Positions 1 to 10,840 of a DNA stretch of 64,000 nucleotides are shown here, piece by piece. Position 1 is the first letter of the stretch; each line of letters opens with the position of its first letter. Source of the DNA: Strigamia acuminata (lineage: Eukaryota); assembly GCA_949358305.1 (NCBI GenBank), contig OX442314.1:32426001-32490000 (forward strand). Direction: 5' to 3'. Both the position numbers and the translations under genes were made by a program. A model generated the notes under the pieces. It was not told where the DNA came from. It worked only from the letters and a program-made list of their open reading frames with translations, and ran no database searches.

Positions 1-714
1 TTTCCATCCGATCCCTTTTTCGATTCCTTGGCAGTCTCTGCAAAAAAATCTCCTCGTTTTGGGGGTTGCAAAAGAGGGGTATTAGCAAAACGTATATCTT
101 TTGCCAACTCCTTTCTCCGTTGCTGTCGCTTAGCGTACGCAACTTTTTCATCAGCTGGTAAGTAAGCTTTGTAATTTTCGTCAATCCTTATCTGATTGGC
201 TCGCATAAATTTGGCTAATTCCGCGAAACCACCCGGATAAGGTGCTCGTACAGAAAGTAGAACATTTTTTGAATAATCGGTCAATCCACGACGGAATTAA
301 CGATCAATGGCTGCGTCTCCCATCGTATAAGGGAGAGTTACCAATAAATCTTCAGTCCTTCTTAAATAAGAGCGAAGACTTTCGCCTTTATTTTGAGAAA
401 GATTATCCCACATTTGTAATAAGTCTTCACTTGACTCTCCATACTCAGTCATGAATTCTTCTACAAAGTAATTCCAATTTTGAAATTGTTTAGAATAAAA
501 CCATTTCTCAGCTCGATCTATAAGAGCTTTTGGTACTACTCTTTTCAAAGCAGTGTGACATGCAATGCCATTCAACCTTGAAATTCGTAAAACTTCATCT
601 AAAAGAGTGGATCCAGCTTCCCATTCTCCATCGAATAAAGCGGGTTTAATGTGATCCCATCTAATAGTTCTTTCATCAACTAGATCGTGAGTCCAGTTGT
701 TGGCAGTGTATTGT

Positions 715-3302
715 TGTGAGGTCATACGTTGACCTCACGTTGCGCGCGACCTGGCGCCGAGGCGAACACCTGCCACGCGGCGCACCTGTCGGTGTTGATT
801 GATGACGTCGGGACGGGACAGCCAATGGAAGACCTCGTTTTATTTTTATTTTCGGAAAATCGATTTGTTTACCTCTGAATTTGTAAAAGCCGAATAAAGT
901 TAGTTTTTGTGCACATTTTGAACCTAGACAGTCGCAAATTCCTTGTCGCTTGCTCTCTCATCGCTGACATGGCGCAGTCGACAGCTTAGGACCCGGCGGA
1001 CGCGTGAACGTCGTCGCTGCGTGAGAGAGCTCGTTGGATTTTCGTTGGATTTTCGAGCCGCAACCGAAAATACGAAAATTGCCGTGCGTGGGCGTGAGGA
1101 AGGAAAACTCGGGACATAAAATGGCGGATATGAAAGGTGTGTTAACTTCGATTTGCGAGCCGGTTTTGGACCTTTTAACATGCGAAAACATTCGCGACGA
1201 GTGTTTGTTACGGGGAATCGACGTAACCAACTGCAAAAAGAAGAGCGAATTTTTGGCCACAATCTTGGCGGACAATGTGGCAAAAGATACAGCCAAGGTC
1301 AACCCCGGGTCAACCCAGTCGGCCATTGTGGCGACTGCGGCGGGACTCGCCGGACAGATCAAAGTGCAGCACGAGGTGGACACGACGAAGGGAGTGCCCG
1401 TGTTTAAGGGAAAACGTGACGAGAACGTTGAACATTTCATCGAGTGCGTCGAGCGTGCGGCCACGTTGGGAAAATGGACCGAGCACGCAAAAATTGCGGT
1501 GGCAAACGGACAATTGAAGGAGGAAGCTCTGTATTGGTATGACATTTTTGGGAAAAAACTCGTTTTGTGGTCGGAGTGGGTGGCGTCAATTAGGGACTAT
1601 TTTTTGGACGTCGACACCTATGACAGGTGGAGGCAGCGAATCGCCGCAAGAAAGCAGCTGGAGAACGAGTCCCTCGCCACATATTTTGCCGCAAAAATCG
1701 CGTTGATCGAGACAACAAGGAAGGCGTTCAGTTTCTCGAAGGACGACACGATAAATGTCACAATAGAGGGAGTTCGCGATTTGCACACTCGTGATTTATT
1801 TCGCATGTCAAAATTTGATTCTTTTATCGAATTAATTAGGAAGGGACGCGAGATTGACCGGAACAGAGAGGCCATCGAGTCACCACCGAGGACGACACCA
1901 AAAGAGACCGCGAAGCCAAATATCGAGGCCCGGACAAGGACACCACGCGATGAAACGTCATATAAAAAGGGCATGGACATGTCAAAAATGCAATGTTGGC
2001 GTTGCAACGAGATGGGCCATTGTTCATTTGATTGTTCCAAAGCGAAAAACCCCGAACAGAAGGAGGGAGACGCAAGGCAACAACCGAGGGACGCCGAGAA
2101 AAAGAAGATCAACATTTGCATGGTTAGGACGAAGTGTCCGGAGTCGAATCTCGTTGTCGTGGATTGCCAGTCAGCGGAGCTCGGGGGACAGGTGGAGGCC
2201 CTGATTGACTGTGGGGCAAACTGCTCGACCGTAGATCAACTTTTTGTTGGGGACGGCGTTGAAATTCGCCCAAATTTGGAGAAAGAATATTTTAAGACGG
2301 CGAGTGGCGACAAACAGGTGTTGGGCCACGTAGACCTGAACGTGCAAATCGGTAAAATGAGGACCAGGATTAGCGACGTTGCCGTGGTCCAGGATGCGCC
2401 TTTCCCGCTGGTCATCGGGATGGACTGGCGCAAACAGGCCGGTTTGGCTTGGATGATTTCCGGCGACGGCGACGTGACTTTTTACAAGGAGATCAAGGAA
2501 TCGATGCCGGCGATGCATTACATTTTTCGAGCCCCACTGCGGATTTCAGCGGAGGACCGGTCGTTCGGAGAGCAGGACGAGCCGGGAAAGTGTGTGGGCG
2601 AGGAGCGCGAGATTCGTCTAGAACATAAAAAGGGAAAGGAGAATGAGATCCCCGACGCACTTTCACGAGCAATCGAATCAGGGACGACAGTCGTATTGGC
2701 GACAATTAAGTTGAGAGATGGGACACCGCGAGAGGACCAGCGGAGTGATGCGTTTTGCAGAGAGAAGACGGCGTGCCCCCCGACGGAGTTCGAGGCGGTC
2801 GACGGATTTCTCCACCACGTGGAAACACGACGAAATAGGAAGTGTTCCCGAATCGTGGTGCCGGGGAGCATGACCGACAAATTAACGAAGGCGGTCCACG
2901 AATCATGCGAACATGCAATCGCTCTTAAAACGTTATCTAGACCGAGAAGGCACTGGTGGAAAGGTATGCAGAGCTGCGTGAGAGGTTTTGCTCGGAAGCG
3001 TAACGAGGAGGCCGTGATGGGGACCATCACTACCCCCGGGGTGGACGTGTGAGGTCATACGTTGACCTCACGTTGCGCGCGACCTGGCGCCGAGGCAAAC
3101 ACCTGCCACGCGGCGCACCTGTCGGTGTTGATTGATGACGTCGGGACGGGACAGCCAATGGAAGACCTCGTTTTATTTTTATTTTCGGAAAATCGATTTG
3201 TTTACCTCTGAATTTGTAAAAGCCGAATAAAGTTAGTTTTTGTGCACATTTTGAACCTAGACAGTCGCAAATTCCTTGTCGCTTGCTCTCTCATCGCTGA
3301 CA
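715..3302 (+). mobile_element. 2.6 kb non-autonomous Gypsy-type mini LTR retrotransposon
   Basis: 255 bp LTRs 715-969 and 3048-3302 (TG..CA, one mismatch seen); 5 bp TSD ATTGT (710-714, 3303-3307); PBS TGGCGCAGTCG at 970 (tRNA-Ser-like). Confidence 0.95.
1121..3052 (+). CDS. Gag-protease fusion with RNase H C-terminal and integrase Zn-region remnants; no RT
   Basis: Likely ATG 1121 within ORF 1034..3052; capsid-like PVFKG..VEHFIE, CCHC knuckle CWRCNEMGHCSFDC, protease ALIDCGA, then LEHKKGKENEIPDALSR and IVVP..VHE..H..WWKGM; stop falls inside the 3' LTR. Confidence 0.85.
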   Translation: MADMKGVLTSICEPVLDLLTCENIRDECLLRGIDVTNCKKKSEFLATILADNVAKDTAKVNPGSTQSAIVATAAGLAGQIKVQHEVDTTKGVPVFKGKRDENVEHFIECVERAATLGKWTEHAKIAVANGQLKEEALYWYDIFGKKLVLWSEWVASIRDYFLDVDTYDRWRQRIAARKQLENESLATYFAAKIALIETTRKAFSFSKDDTINVTIEGVRDLHTRDLFRMSKFDSFIELIRKGREIDRNREAIESPPRTTPKETAKPNIEARTRTPRDETSYKKGMDMSKMQCWRCNEMGHCSFDCSKAKNPEQKEGDARQQPRDAEKKKINICMVRTKCPESNLVVVDCQSAELGGQVEALIDCGANCSTVDQLFVGDGVEIRPNLEKEYFKTASGDKQVLGHVDLNVQIGKMRTRISDVAVVQDAPFPLVIGMDWRKQAGLAWMISGDGDVTFYKEIKESMPAMHYIFRAPLRISAEDRSFGEQDEPGKCVGEEREIRLEHKKGKENEIPDALSRAIESGTTVVLATIKLRDGTPREDQRSDAFCREKTACPPTEFEAVDGFLHHVETRRNRKCSRIVVPGSMTDKLTKAVHESCEHAIALKTLSRPRRHWWKGMQSCVRGFARKRNEEAVMGTITTPGVDV

Positions 3303-5139
3303 ATTGTGCAATTTTCTGTCGTAATGCAATGTCAGCGTTATCGGCAGTAGCGTCAGATCGATCAGCAGATCGACGATCGGCTAATAATCGATCAATTTCT
3401 TCAGCAGTGTAATAATGTGTATTACGCCGTGAAGAGTGGCCTCGATGTCGACGTCGATGAGATCGATGTCGATTATCGCGTTCTTGTTGCGCATTCACAT
3501 CAGAATCCGACCTTGAATCAGATTGTGAATTTGAAGGCGTGTTAAAATGTGGTGTTTCAGGTGGGTCGGGTGGGTTGCCGTCACCATCGTCAGGCGGTCG
3601 GCGTCCACCTCCAGGTGGTCCATCTCCATGTCCATCTGGATTTCCTCCATCTGGTGGACTTCTTCTATACTGACCCCCACCTTGCGGGCTTTCATGTCCG
3701 TCGGGTGGTTCGCGTGCTGGATTCATTTCTCGTCGACTTCTTTTCGACGAATCTTGCTGTTGAGCCAGTGGTATCGTTCGGGCAACGTGAATACCTGTTT
3801 CATGTTGTCTGTTTCGATCGTCTACCATTCCCAACAGTCGGTCACTATTGTGAAAAATAGGGTTTCGATTACCAGGGACCGGATTGCGATCAGCTCTCCG
3901 TTCCTCAGAATCTGAGGGACGTTTTCTTTTTGAGCGATGGCGACGACGCGAACGTTGGTCGTCATCACTCGACAATCCAGATTGGCTACTCAACTCTGAA
4001 ACAACAGAAATTGTTATTGTTTCTGGAGTTAAAATAGGAACTGTTGGCGCAGCCATTTCTGGTTGCACCAATTGGTCAGTATAATTTCTTGCTTGCAAAC
4101 GATCTTTCATTTCTGCAAGCTCTTCTTGTGTGCGCAATAAATCAGCTCGGAGAATTTCATTTTCTTTTAGTTGATTTTGCGCTTCCTCGGGTTGTAATCG
4201 CTTAGCAGGACCGCTAGACTTGACTTGTCCGCTCGTACTGGGTTGATCCAGCAAGTGGAAAATCTCGTCTTCACGCTTAGCTATTTTACTTTCGCGAGTA
4301 CGCTGTGTTTTAGCACGTGTGTCTAATTCAGTAGCATATCTCACTAGTTGATTATGATTGCGTTGGTAGTGTTCTGCCAAATCAATCAGTTCTTTATTTT
4401 TCTGCTCCAACTTACTTTTGGTAAGTTCGAGCTGTCTTCGCGCCTCTTGGTGTGAGCGAATTGAAAGTTCATTTCTAGTATTCATTTTAGAAAGATCTTC
4501 CACTTCACCTTTTAATCTGTATTCTCTAGCTTTTTGGGCTAGAAATTCTTCATTTTGTCGATTGAGTTCCATGTGTTGGAGCTCAACCTCCGCTTTTTGT
4601 TGTTGAAGCTCAGCTTCTTTTCGTTCCATTTCAAATTGTAAATTTGAAACGGCACGATCAGTGTGAAGTCGTATCATGGCGCGATGAATCTCTTCCACCG
4701 TCATGTCGTCCGTTATTTGGGCGCCATCCTGGCGTGCTTGATTTCTCAAAGCATCCAGCATGGTCATGCGAGGAGGTGATTCGTGAGACGATTCACTTTC
4801 CATTTCTTTTAACGTATTTTCCACTTCCTCCAGTGGAAGTGGCGGGAGTTCTTGTTCGTTAGAACTCGCACTTGATGCGCTCAGGGCTCGAGCAACCTCA
4901 TTTTCAGCATCCTTAAGTTGTTTCGGATCTGGAACTGGTGTTATTTCCTCGGAAATAATTTTCTCCACAAGCATTTCAGGCTCGAGAGCTGGCAAAACCG
5001 TCGCTGCTCGTTTCTGAGTGCTTGGTCGACCTCGCTGTCGTTTCACAATTTGCATTGGCGTCGCCATTTTGTCAAATTGAAAAAGAACAAAGGAAATAAA
5101 GGATCTTTTTACAAAAATCGGATTTTAACAATCAAAACT

Positions 5140-5157
5140 ATCCCGGACGGGCCCCCA
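5140..5157 (-). promoter_or_regulatory. Primer-binding site, tRNA-Pro-like
   Basis: TGGGGGCCCGTCCGGGAT, 17/18 match to the canonical tRNA-Pro PBS TGGGGGCTCGTCCGGGAT. Confidence 0.85.
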
Positions 5158-5441
5158 AGTGCGGCGATCCGGGTTTTTACTTAATAAATCGAGGAGACTT
5201 ATCAAGCAATCGTCGTAGAGATGCCGTACAGGACTTCTACTCTGTGGCCAAATGTTTGTCTAGGGGAATGATTTTATACAGAGTAAAGGAAAAATTAGAT
5301 AGTTTTAATTAGTTCTAAATATACACGGATATGATGCAAAAGAATAATGTTTGGGGTCGATCTAGCTTCTTCTTCACTAATATAAACTCACAGTTGACCG
5401 TTGGTTCCAAGATGGCGTCGACGGCGTCGTGTGAGCGCGGA

Positions 5442-5653
5442 ATTTTAGCGGAGTAAACTCAACGCTAAAATACGCCTCTAAATATACTAAAATCCTCGCG
5501 GAGCAAGCTCAACACGAGAATACGTCTCACACACAGTGAAGGTGATTATTACGGAGCAAGCTCGACGTAACAATCAGTCTTTACACAGATCGCTTTGTGG
5601 AGTTAAACTCGACACAAAGCCTTCAAATTGACAGAGCAAGCTCAATGTCAATT
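5442..5653 (-). repeat. Array of five bulged stem-loops (TAR-like) inside the LTR
   Basis: Hairpins at 5442-5471, 5495-5518, 5543-5576, 5592-5620 and 5626-5653. Each has a different 6-11 bp lower stem, a 2-nt bulge and a conserved GAGC/GCTC or GAGT/ACTC upper stem. Confidence 0.85.
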
Positions 5654-6394
5654 CCACACAGAAATGGCTTAAATTACGCGTAGTAATTCAAGCAGAAAGG
5701 CGCTATTCCGTACAGTTGGCACGGACCAGCAATGAATCTCAACTCTTCCAGATATCACAGATCACACTTAGCAGGGTTTGGCATAAGTTTGACACAGATG
5801 TGAATGGTTTGGAAGCAGAATCAAGAATGTCGGAAGAGTGGGCCAAAACCGTTTGGCTCACTCCTAAATCTGCTCAGTAAAGCTGCGCAGATGACGAGTT
5901 GCACAACGATCACACACGGCCGCCTTCGGGTCGTGTGCAACAATCGAGCCGGGCACGCGCGAGGGGAAGGGATGCTCCGCCCAGGCACACGCCTAGCAGC
6001 ATCATCAAAGCAATGCACGCTGCAGCGCGATTGGTTGACGCTGTTGCTGGGCCAAAACTTGCTGCAAAACACAATATTATTTGGGTAATATGGTGTCTTG
6101 TTTTATATTTGATTAATATATATTTTATTTCAATTTACATTGAAACAAAACATATAAGCTTGTTGAATATGTTTATACGACAATTTGGAAATATGGTGCG
6201 TACTCAAATAGGAATATTTGAGGTCACCACAATCTACCCAGCACAGAAAGCAGTTTTTAATAGGTCTTCCCACAGGAAGACCAATGTTGACTATTTGGTG
6301 GACTTTTCCAGAGATAACAAAGACAATCCAACCCCCCTGTGTGATTAACCCTATCCATTTTGGTCAATGCCTACTAGTATGGTCTATCTAACGG

Positions 6395-6707
6395 TGTGGC
6401 GACATGATCTTATCCATGGCAACTTGGGGACGTGTTACCATGGGGTAGGACGCATGCTCATGTAAATAAAGATAGGGACTCCAGATTGTTGGGTGATTGA
6501 CCTTTATTAATTTGTTTGTCTAGGGGTCGGTCTCCCATCTACCCATGTGCTTGCAGTGCCGCGAAGACACGCCACACCAACAACCGGCCCGTCACGCACA
6601 GCGAGGGATCCCCATGTCTGATGTATCAGTTGGCCTTATTTATTTTGCCGTTTTTACCCAAACGGCCCATGCAATCGCTCATGGAGGCTGGTGGAGAGCA
6701 GGTCACA
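6395..6707 (-). mobile_element. Degenerate solo-LTR fragment related to the 593 bp LTR family at 29489/47327
   Basis: Shares GGACGCAT, CCTTTATT..TTGTCTAGGGG, CTCATGGAGGCTG and terminal GGTCACA with that LTR; absent at the homologous position of the IR-B intron. Confidence 0.6.
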
Positions 6708-7243
6708 TGAATGAACACAACAATTGGAAAGGCCTGGGAACACTGACTCTTAGACAACTTATAGTAACGGCTATTAACTATAGAATGTAGCGTCTTGAGT
6801 CTTTATTCTCGTGTTATGGATGAGGGAAGGATACTGTGATTAGATGTAGGGGTGGTCTTTAGGTTTGTACAGTGAAGTACAACTTATATCCCACACAGGC
6901 TTAAACAGAAAGTAATGACCAAAGAGAAAATACTGAGAATAGTAATCGACTTAACGTCAACAAAGAAATCATTAAATACAGTCTCTTGTGCTCATTTCTA
7001 TCAATGTGTTGTGCGCCCGGCCCTGTTTATGCATTCCTGTGCGCTATTTGTGTCCGTCCGTTCTCACAACATGACAGTTTCATTGGTGATGTGTTGTGGG
7101 ATGAGGTTGAGGGATGGTTTTTAGCGGTGTCAAGTACACTACTATCCCATACTTGCCCAAACCAAAATTAATAATCAAAAAAGAAAATAGTGAAAACGAT
7201 AATCGAACACAAGTTAACTACGAAATCATCTTGATTTTTACAG

Positions 7244-10025
7244 CTTGAAATAAAACCGAAATACGGTTTTCTATTAAAATTTTTCGAAATTCTTGATCGC
7301 GTATTGGAAAAATTCAGTAACATTTGGTAAAGTTTTTGTTGCTTGGTAAACTATACTTTCAGTTGGTTGACAAAAACCTTTCTTCATTTCTAGCTCAATA
7401 GTCAATATTACGATTAAGTATGACAATAATATCCTTACAAATCTGAAGAAGAAAGTAAGTGTGTTAATTACAACGTTGTGATATTAGTAAGTTTGCACAA
7501 GGTTACTATTCCTTATATGGTTAGTACAGGATAGCTGGAAGTACAGTCGGTTCCAATAAGTTGAGACTACCCTGAAATTTTTGTGAGCAAATTTATTTTG
7601 TCACAATTATAAACGAGAAAAAAAGCAAACAAAATGGCTGGGCAGATTGAAATCTGAATAAAGAATCAATTACCGTTTATAATCTCTTCAACCCGCAACA
7701 ATGGTTTAACAAAGGGACTCATGTTTAGGAAATTAACTTAAACTTTACTTATTCTAGTCAGAAATCTAGTTTAGAGATATCTGGCATTTAACTAAAACTC
7801 ATAAAATAATTATCACTTACATGCTTTTGTTCAATACAATCTTAATTCTAAAATAAATAAAATAAATGAAAATAATTTAAGTTATTATCATAACATAACT
7901 TACAGGTTAGGCATATGCCTAAGTTATGTTATGATGATAACTAAGTTCATGCCTGTCCATAAACTAGAAGGCAGATGCTAAAGTTGGCGCACGGTATCTT
8001 GATGCTAAATTCTTACTGCAAATCCCATTCTGCGCAGACGATTTTCTAATTCCAGTTGTTATTTAGCAGTATTAAGCCTAATATTAAGCCTAATATTGCA
8101 AAAATAAAGTAAATAAACAACAATAAACTCATATTTAAAAGTAATTTACAATGTAGTATCAAAATATTTTTGTTTATTTACTTTATTTTCGCATTATTAG
8201 GCCTAATATTAGGCTTAATACTGCTATATAACAACTGGAATTAGGAAATCGTCTGCGCAGAATGGGATGCACAGTACGAATTTAGCATCAAGATACTGTG
8301 CGCCAACTTATAGTTTGGGAACTCCAGAAGAACTGACCTTAATGGGAAGCTTCTGTTACTAAGTTAACTCCTATTCCCCCTGTTAACTTCAATAGCTCAA
8401 ACCGATTACATCACAGTGGCAAACGCCATCTGTTGAGCTTTTATTGCACTGTACCAGCTCAAATAAAGTGCAGAAGCCAGCCAATTCACGGTACCGCTTA
8501 AACACGAGACAAAATCATTTTCTCTAGAAATTCTGTTGTAATTGATTTTAATCCAAAGAAATTGCACACTTTAATATACTGTACGTTAACACACAACACT
8601 TTTCAGAATTCATTTTTTATTCAACTTGCCTATTTTTTTATCAGCAATATGACATCGTCAAAATGATATATGGAATGAGTACAGAACGTGTGCTGAATTT
8701 CGACTTTGTCAATTATCCGATCTACAGAGACACATTTGCATTCGTCATGAGACAGGACAATGTCATCAAAGAATACTTATGGTTGACATTTTTCAAACCG
8801 TTTTCTATGGTTGTTTGGTTGTGTATTTTAGCTACTTATTTGATCATCGCGCTATCTCTTGCTTCGATCACCCAATACCGCAAAAGCAAACCCTCAACTT
8901 CAGGTAAATACACTTCAAAAAATTACTAATCAATTTACAAGCAATATTACTTTTATTGTACATCAAAGCTTATACCGTTACTGGAACGGAAAACTTGTTT
9001 CGTTTGCTAATCATTTCAAGCTATAGTGCGGTACTGTATACATCACTCACTGTTACAACATCACGCCTGCAATACAACAGCATTCAAGACGTATTGTTAG
9101 ACGACAGGGTCAACCTTTACGCTTTTGGAGTGGCGTTCCCTTACAAGCTCATTAAGGTAATGGATAGAAATGTCAAAACACCTGACTTGAATTGTTACAC
9201 TATTAAAATATCAAAAGGTGCTTGTTAAACATACTTACTGTATGCGGTTAAGAATGCAATGTTTTTATGCCTTTTTTTTGTTGGAATTGTGCACCCAGGT
9301 AGATGGAGTTTAGTACAGACCAACAAATAAAAGCGTATGGATTTGGAGTTTGTAGGTGGTACAGTACTTGTAATAGGATAGTATGTTCTTATTTTTCTAT
9401 GGCAGAATGCAGAAACAAATCTTACACGGCAAATTTGGTATCGGATGGAAAAAAGTCCCGGAGAAGGAAACATTTCCTTCACTGATGCTCCAAAACTACT
9501 TTCGAAGAACAAAAATGCCATCATCCACATGTACAATGTGCTCAAAGAGTTTTATGGACAAAACTGTATGTTTAGTTTCATAAAAATTCCCATTGGGGAT
9601 ATTTCAACTTATTTCATGTTTAATAAAAAATCCAAATATGTTGAGTTATTTAATCAGAAGTGAGTACTGTAGTAGTAAATTTGTAAAGGTTTTAAAATTC
9701 AACTTCAATTATACGTTTTAGCATTTTGAACCTAAACGAAAAAGGAATCATAAACAGACTCGACGATAAATACAAAACATCATCATTTTGCCAGACAAGA
9801 AATTATGACTACAAACCCATCTCTATTTACCACACAATCACAGCATTTCTGATTTTAATTGGAGGAGTTTTCTGCTCTGGAATTATATTTGTCGTGGAAT
9901 TTTTTTATTGGAACAAGTTTCCAGCTGGCAGTGTGCGCACAAATGCAAATCCACTTGTTATTGAAGCAACTGAGAGCGTAAAAGCTGAAGCAGAGCCACG
10001 TCATGTCTTAGTTTCAGCAAGTTAA
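7244..10025 (+). CDS. Divergent ionotropic receptor, copy A (5' exons outside window)
   Basis: GT-AG exons 7244-7326, 7394-7454, 8645-8903, 8969-9156, 9406-9659 and 9722-10025 join in frame. S1 motif [15 protein letters not shown]1 helix, M3-like [17 protein letters not shown]2 (EKGIINRL) and a final TM helix. Confidence 0.88.
7978..8313. mobile_element. Foldback MITE with about 145 bp inverted arms in an IR-A intron
   Basis: AAGTTGGCGCACGGTATCTTGATGCTAAAT.. mirrored by ..ATTTAGCATCAAGATACTGTGCGCCAACTT; TA-flanked; absent from paralog C. Confidence 0.8.
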
Positions 10026-10420
10026 ACTCTAAATAAAGCAACATTATTGGCCTATACTTACTCAAATGTAAAATAATACATTATTTGACTGTATTGGGCA
10101 GTTTCTCCCCACATTTAGCAACAACTGTTTTTGCACACATGAACAGAAACATCACGCGGATGCTTCACAACATTGCTACTTGAGTGACATTTTTACATTT
10201 TTAGATCTAGAATGAGACCTGTTAGAAATTAAAATTTTGTTTGCTTACCGGTCAATAAAATATATTGTACTTCCCTAATCTGTGTTCTCGGATCTCATTT
10301 CTACTGAATAGGTTAGGCCGATTTAGTTCATGAAAAGATGATGAAAATTGTCAATTCCAGTTGGTGAAACCGACATGAACCAAGATGATGCTAAAACCAG
10401 CTTGAAACTACGAGTATGAG

Positions 10421-10840
10421 ACAACCGACTAAGGACAGCATTCCTGTCGCTCTCTCATTGGTCGAGAAATCCTATTGTTGTCGGCTCGCTGTGGTGGCTG
10501 TGTGAGAGAGCGACAGGAATGCTGTCTGATTGTTGTCAGCACACTGTGCGTACTACCATATCCCCACTAAATAAGTGCCCATTTCCCCATCACATTAGAA
10601 AAACCAATTAAGGTGAGATTCGCGGGGGGGGGGGGGTCAAGGGGGGGCGCTAGCCCCCCTTGTTAGGAAAAAAAAAAAACCTTAGAACACCCGAAAGACC
10701 AAGAAAAAATTATTTATTAACAAGAATTATTACCAACAGCATTCCTGTCGCTCTCTCACACAGCCACCAGACTGTGCCGACAACAATAGGATTTCTCAGC
10801 CAATGGGAAAGCAACAGGAATGCTGTCCGTAGCCGCCTGT
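10421..10840. mobile_element. MITE with nested palindromic arms and 8 bp TSD
   Basis: TSD AGTATGAG at 10413-10420 and 10841-10848; ACAGCATTCCTGT motif four times in alternating orientation; absent at the paralogous site near 62375. Confidence 0.75.

Larger units (their letters stand above)
1..5067 (-). pseudogene. gag: Gag-like protein (coiled coil, Arg/Pro-rich linker, capsid-like region), split by an insertion and carrying an in-frame stop
   Basis: Removing 715-3302 plus one TSD joins ORF 3202..5067 (..RQKIAQ) in frame to ORF 297..725 (YTANNWTHD..). After the TAA at 297-299 the frame stays open (AAIDR*FRRGL..) to the window edge. Retrotransposon-gag-like NWNYFVEEFMTEY and LSQNKGESLRSY motifs. 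Confidence 0.8.
1..6001 (-). mobile_element. Ty3/Gypsy-type LTR retrotransposon, 5' part (5' LTR about 5160-6001, PBS, gag); continues off the left edge
   Basis: Minus-strand PBS TGGGGGCCCGTCCGGGAT (5140-5157, tRNA-Pro-like) lies 2 nt from an LTR end at 5160 and is followed by a long gag-like ORF from 5067. The outer LTR boundary (about 6001) is an estimate, since the partner LTR and TSD are outside the window. Confidence 0.8.

Noticed and set aside
3202..3302. C-terminus of the 621-aa ORF as a real protein end
   Set aside because: It is read-through into the inserted LTR; the true frame continues at 709.
5442..5653. CRISPR-like repeat-spacer array
   Set aside because: Eukaryotic context, 10 bp repeats, self-complementary spacers and no cas genes.
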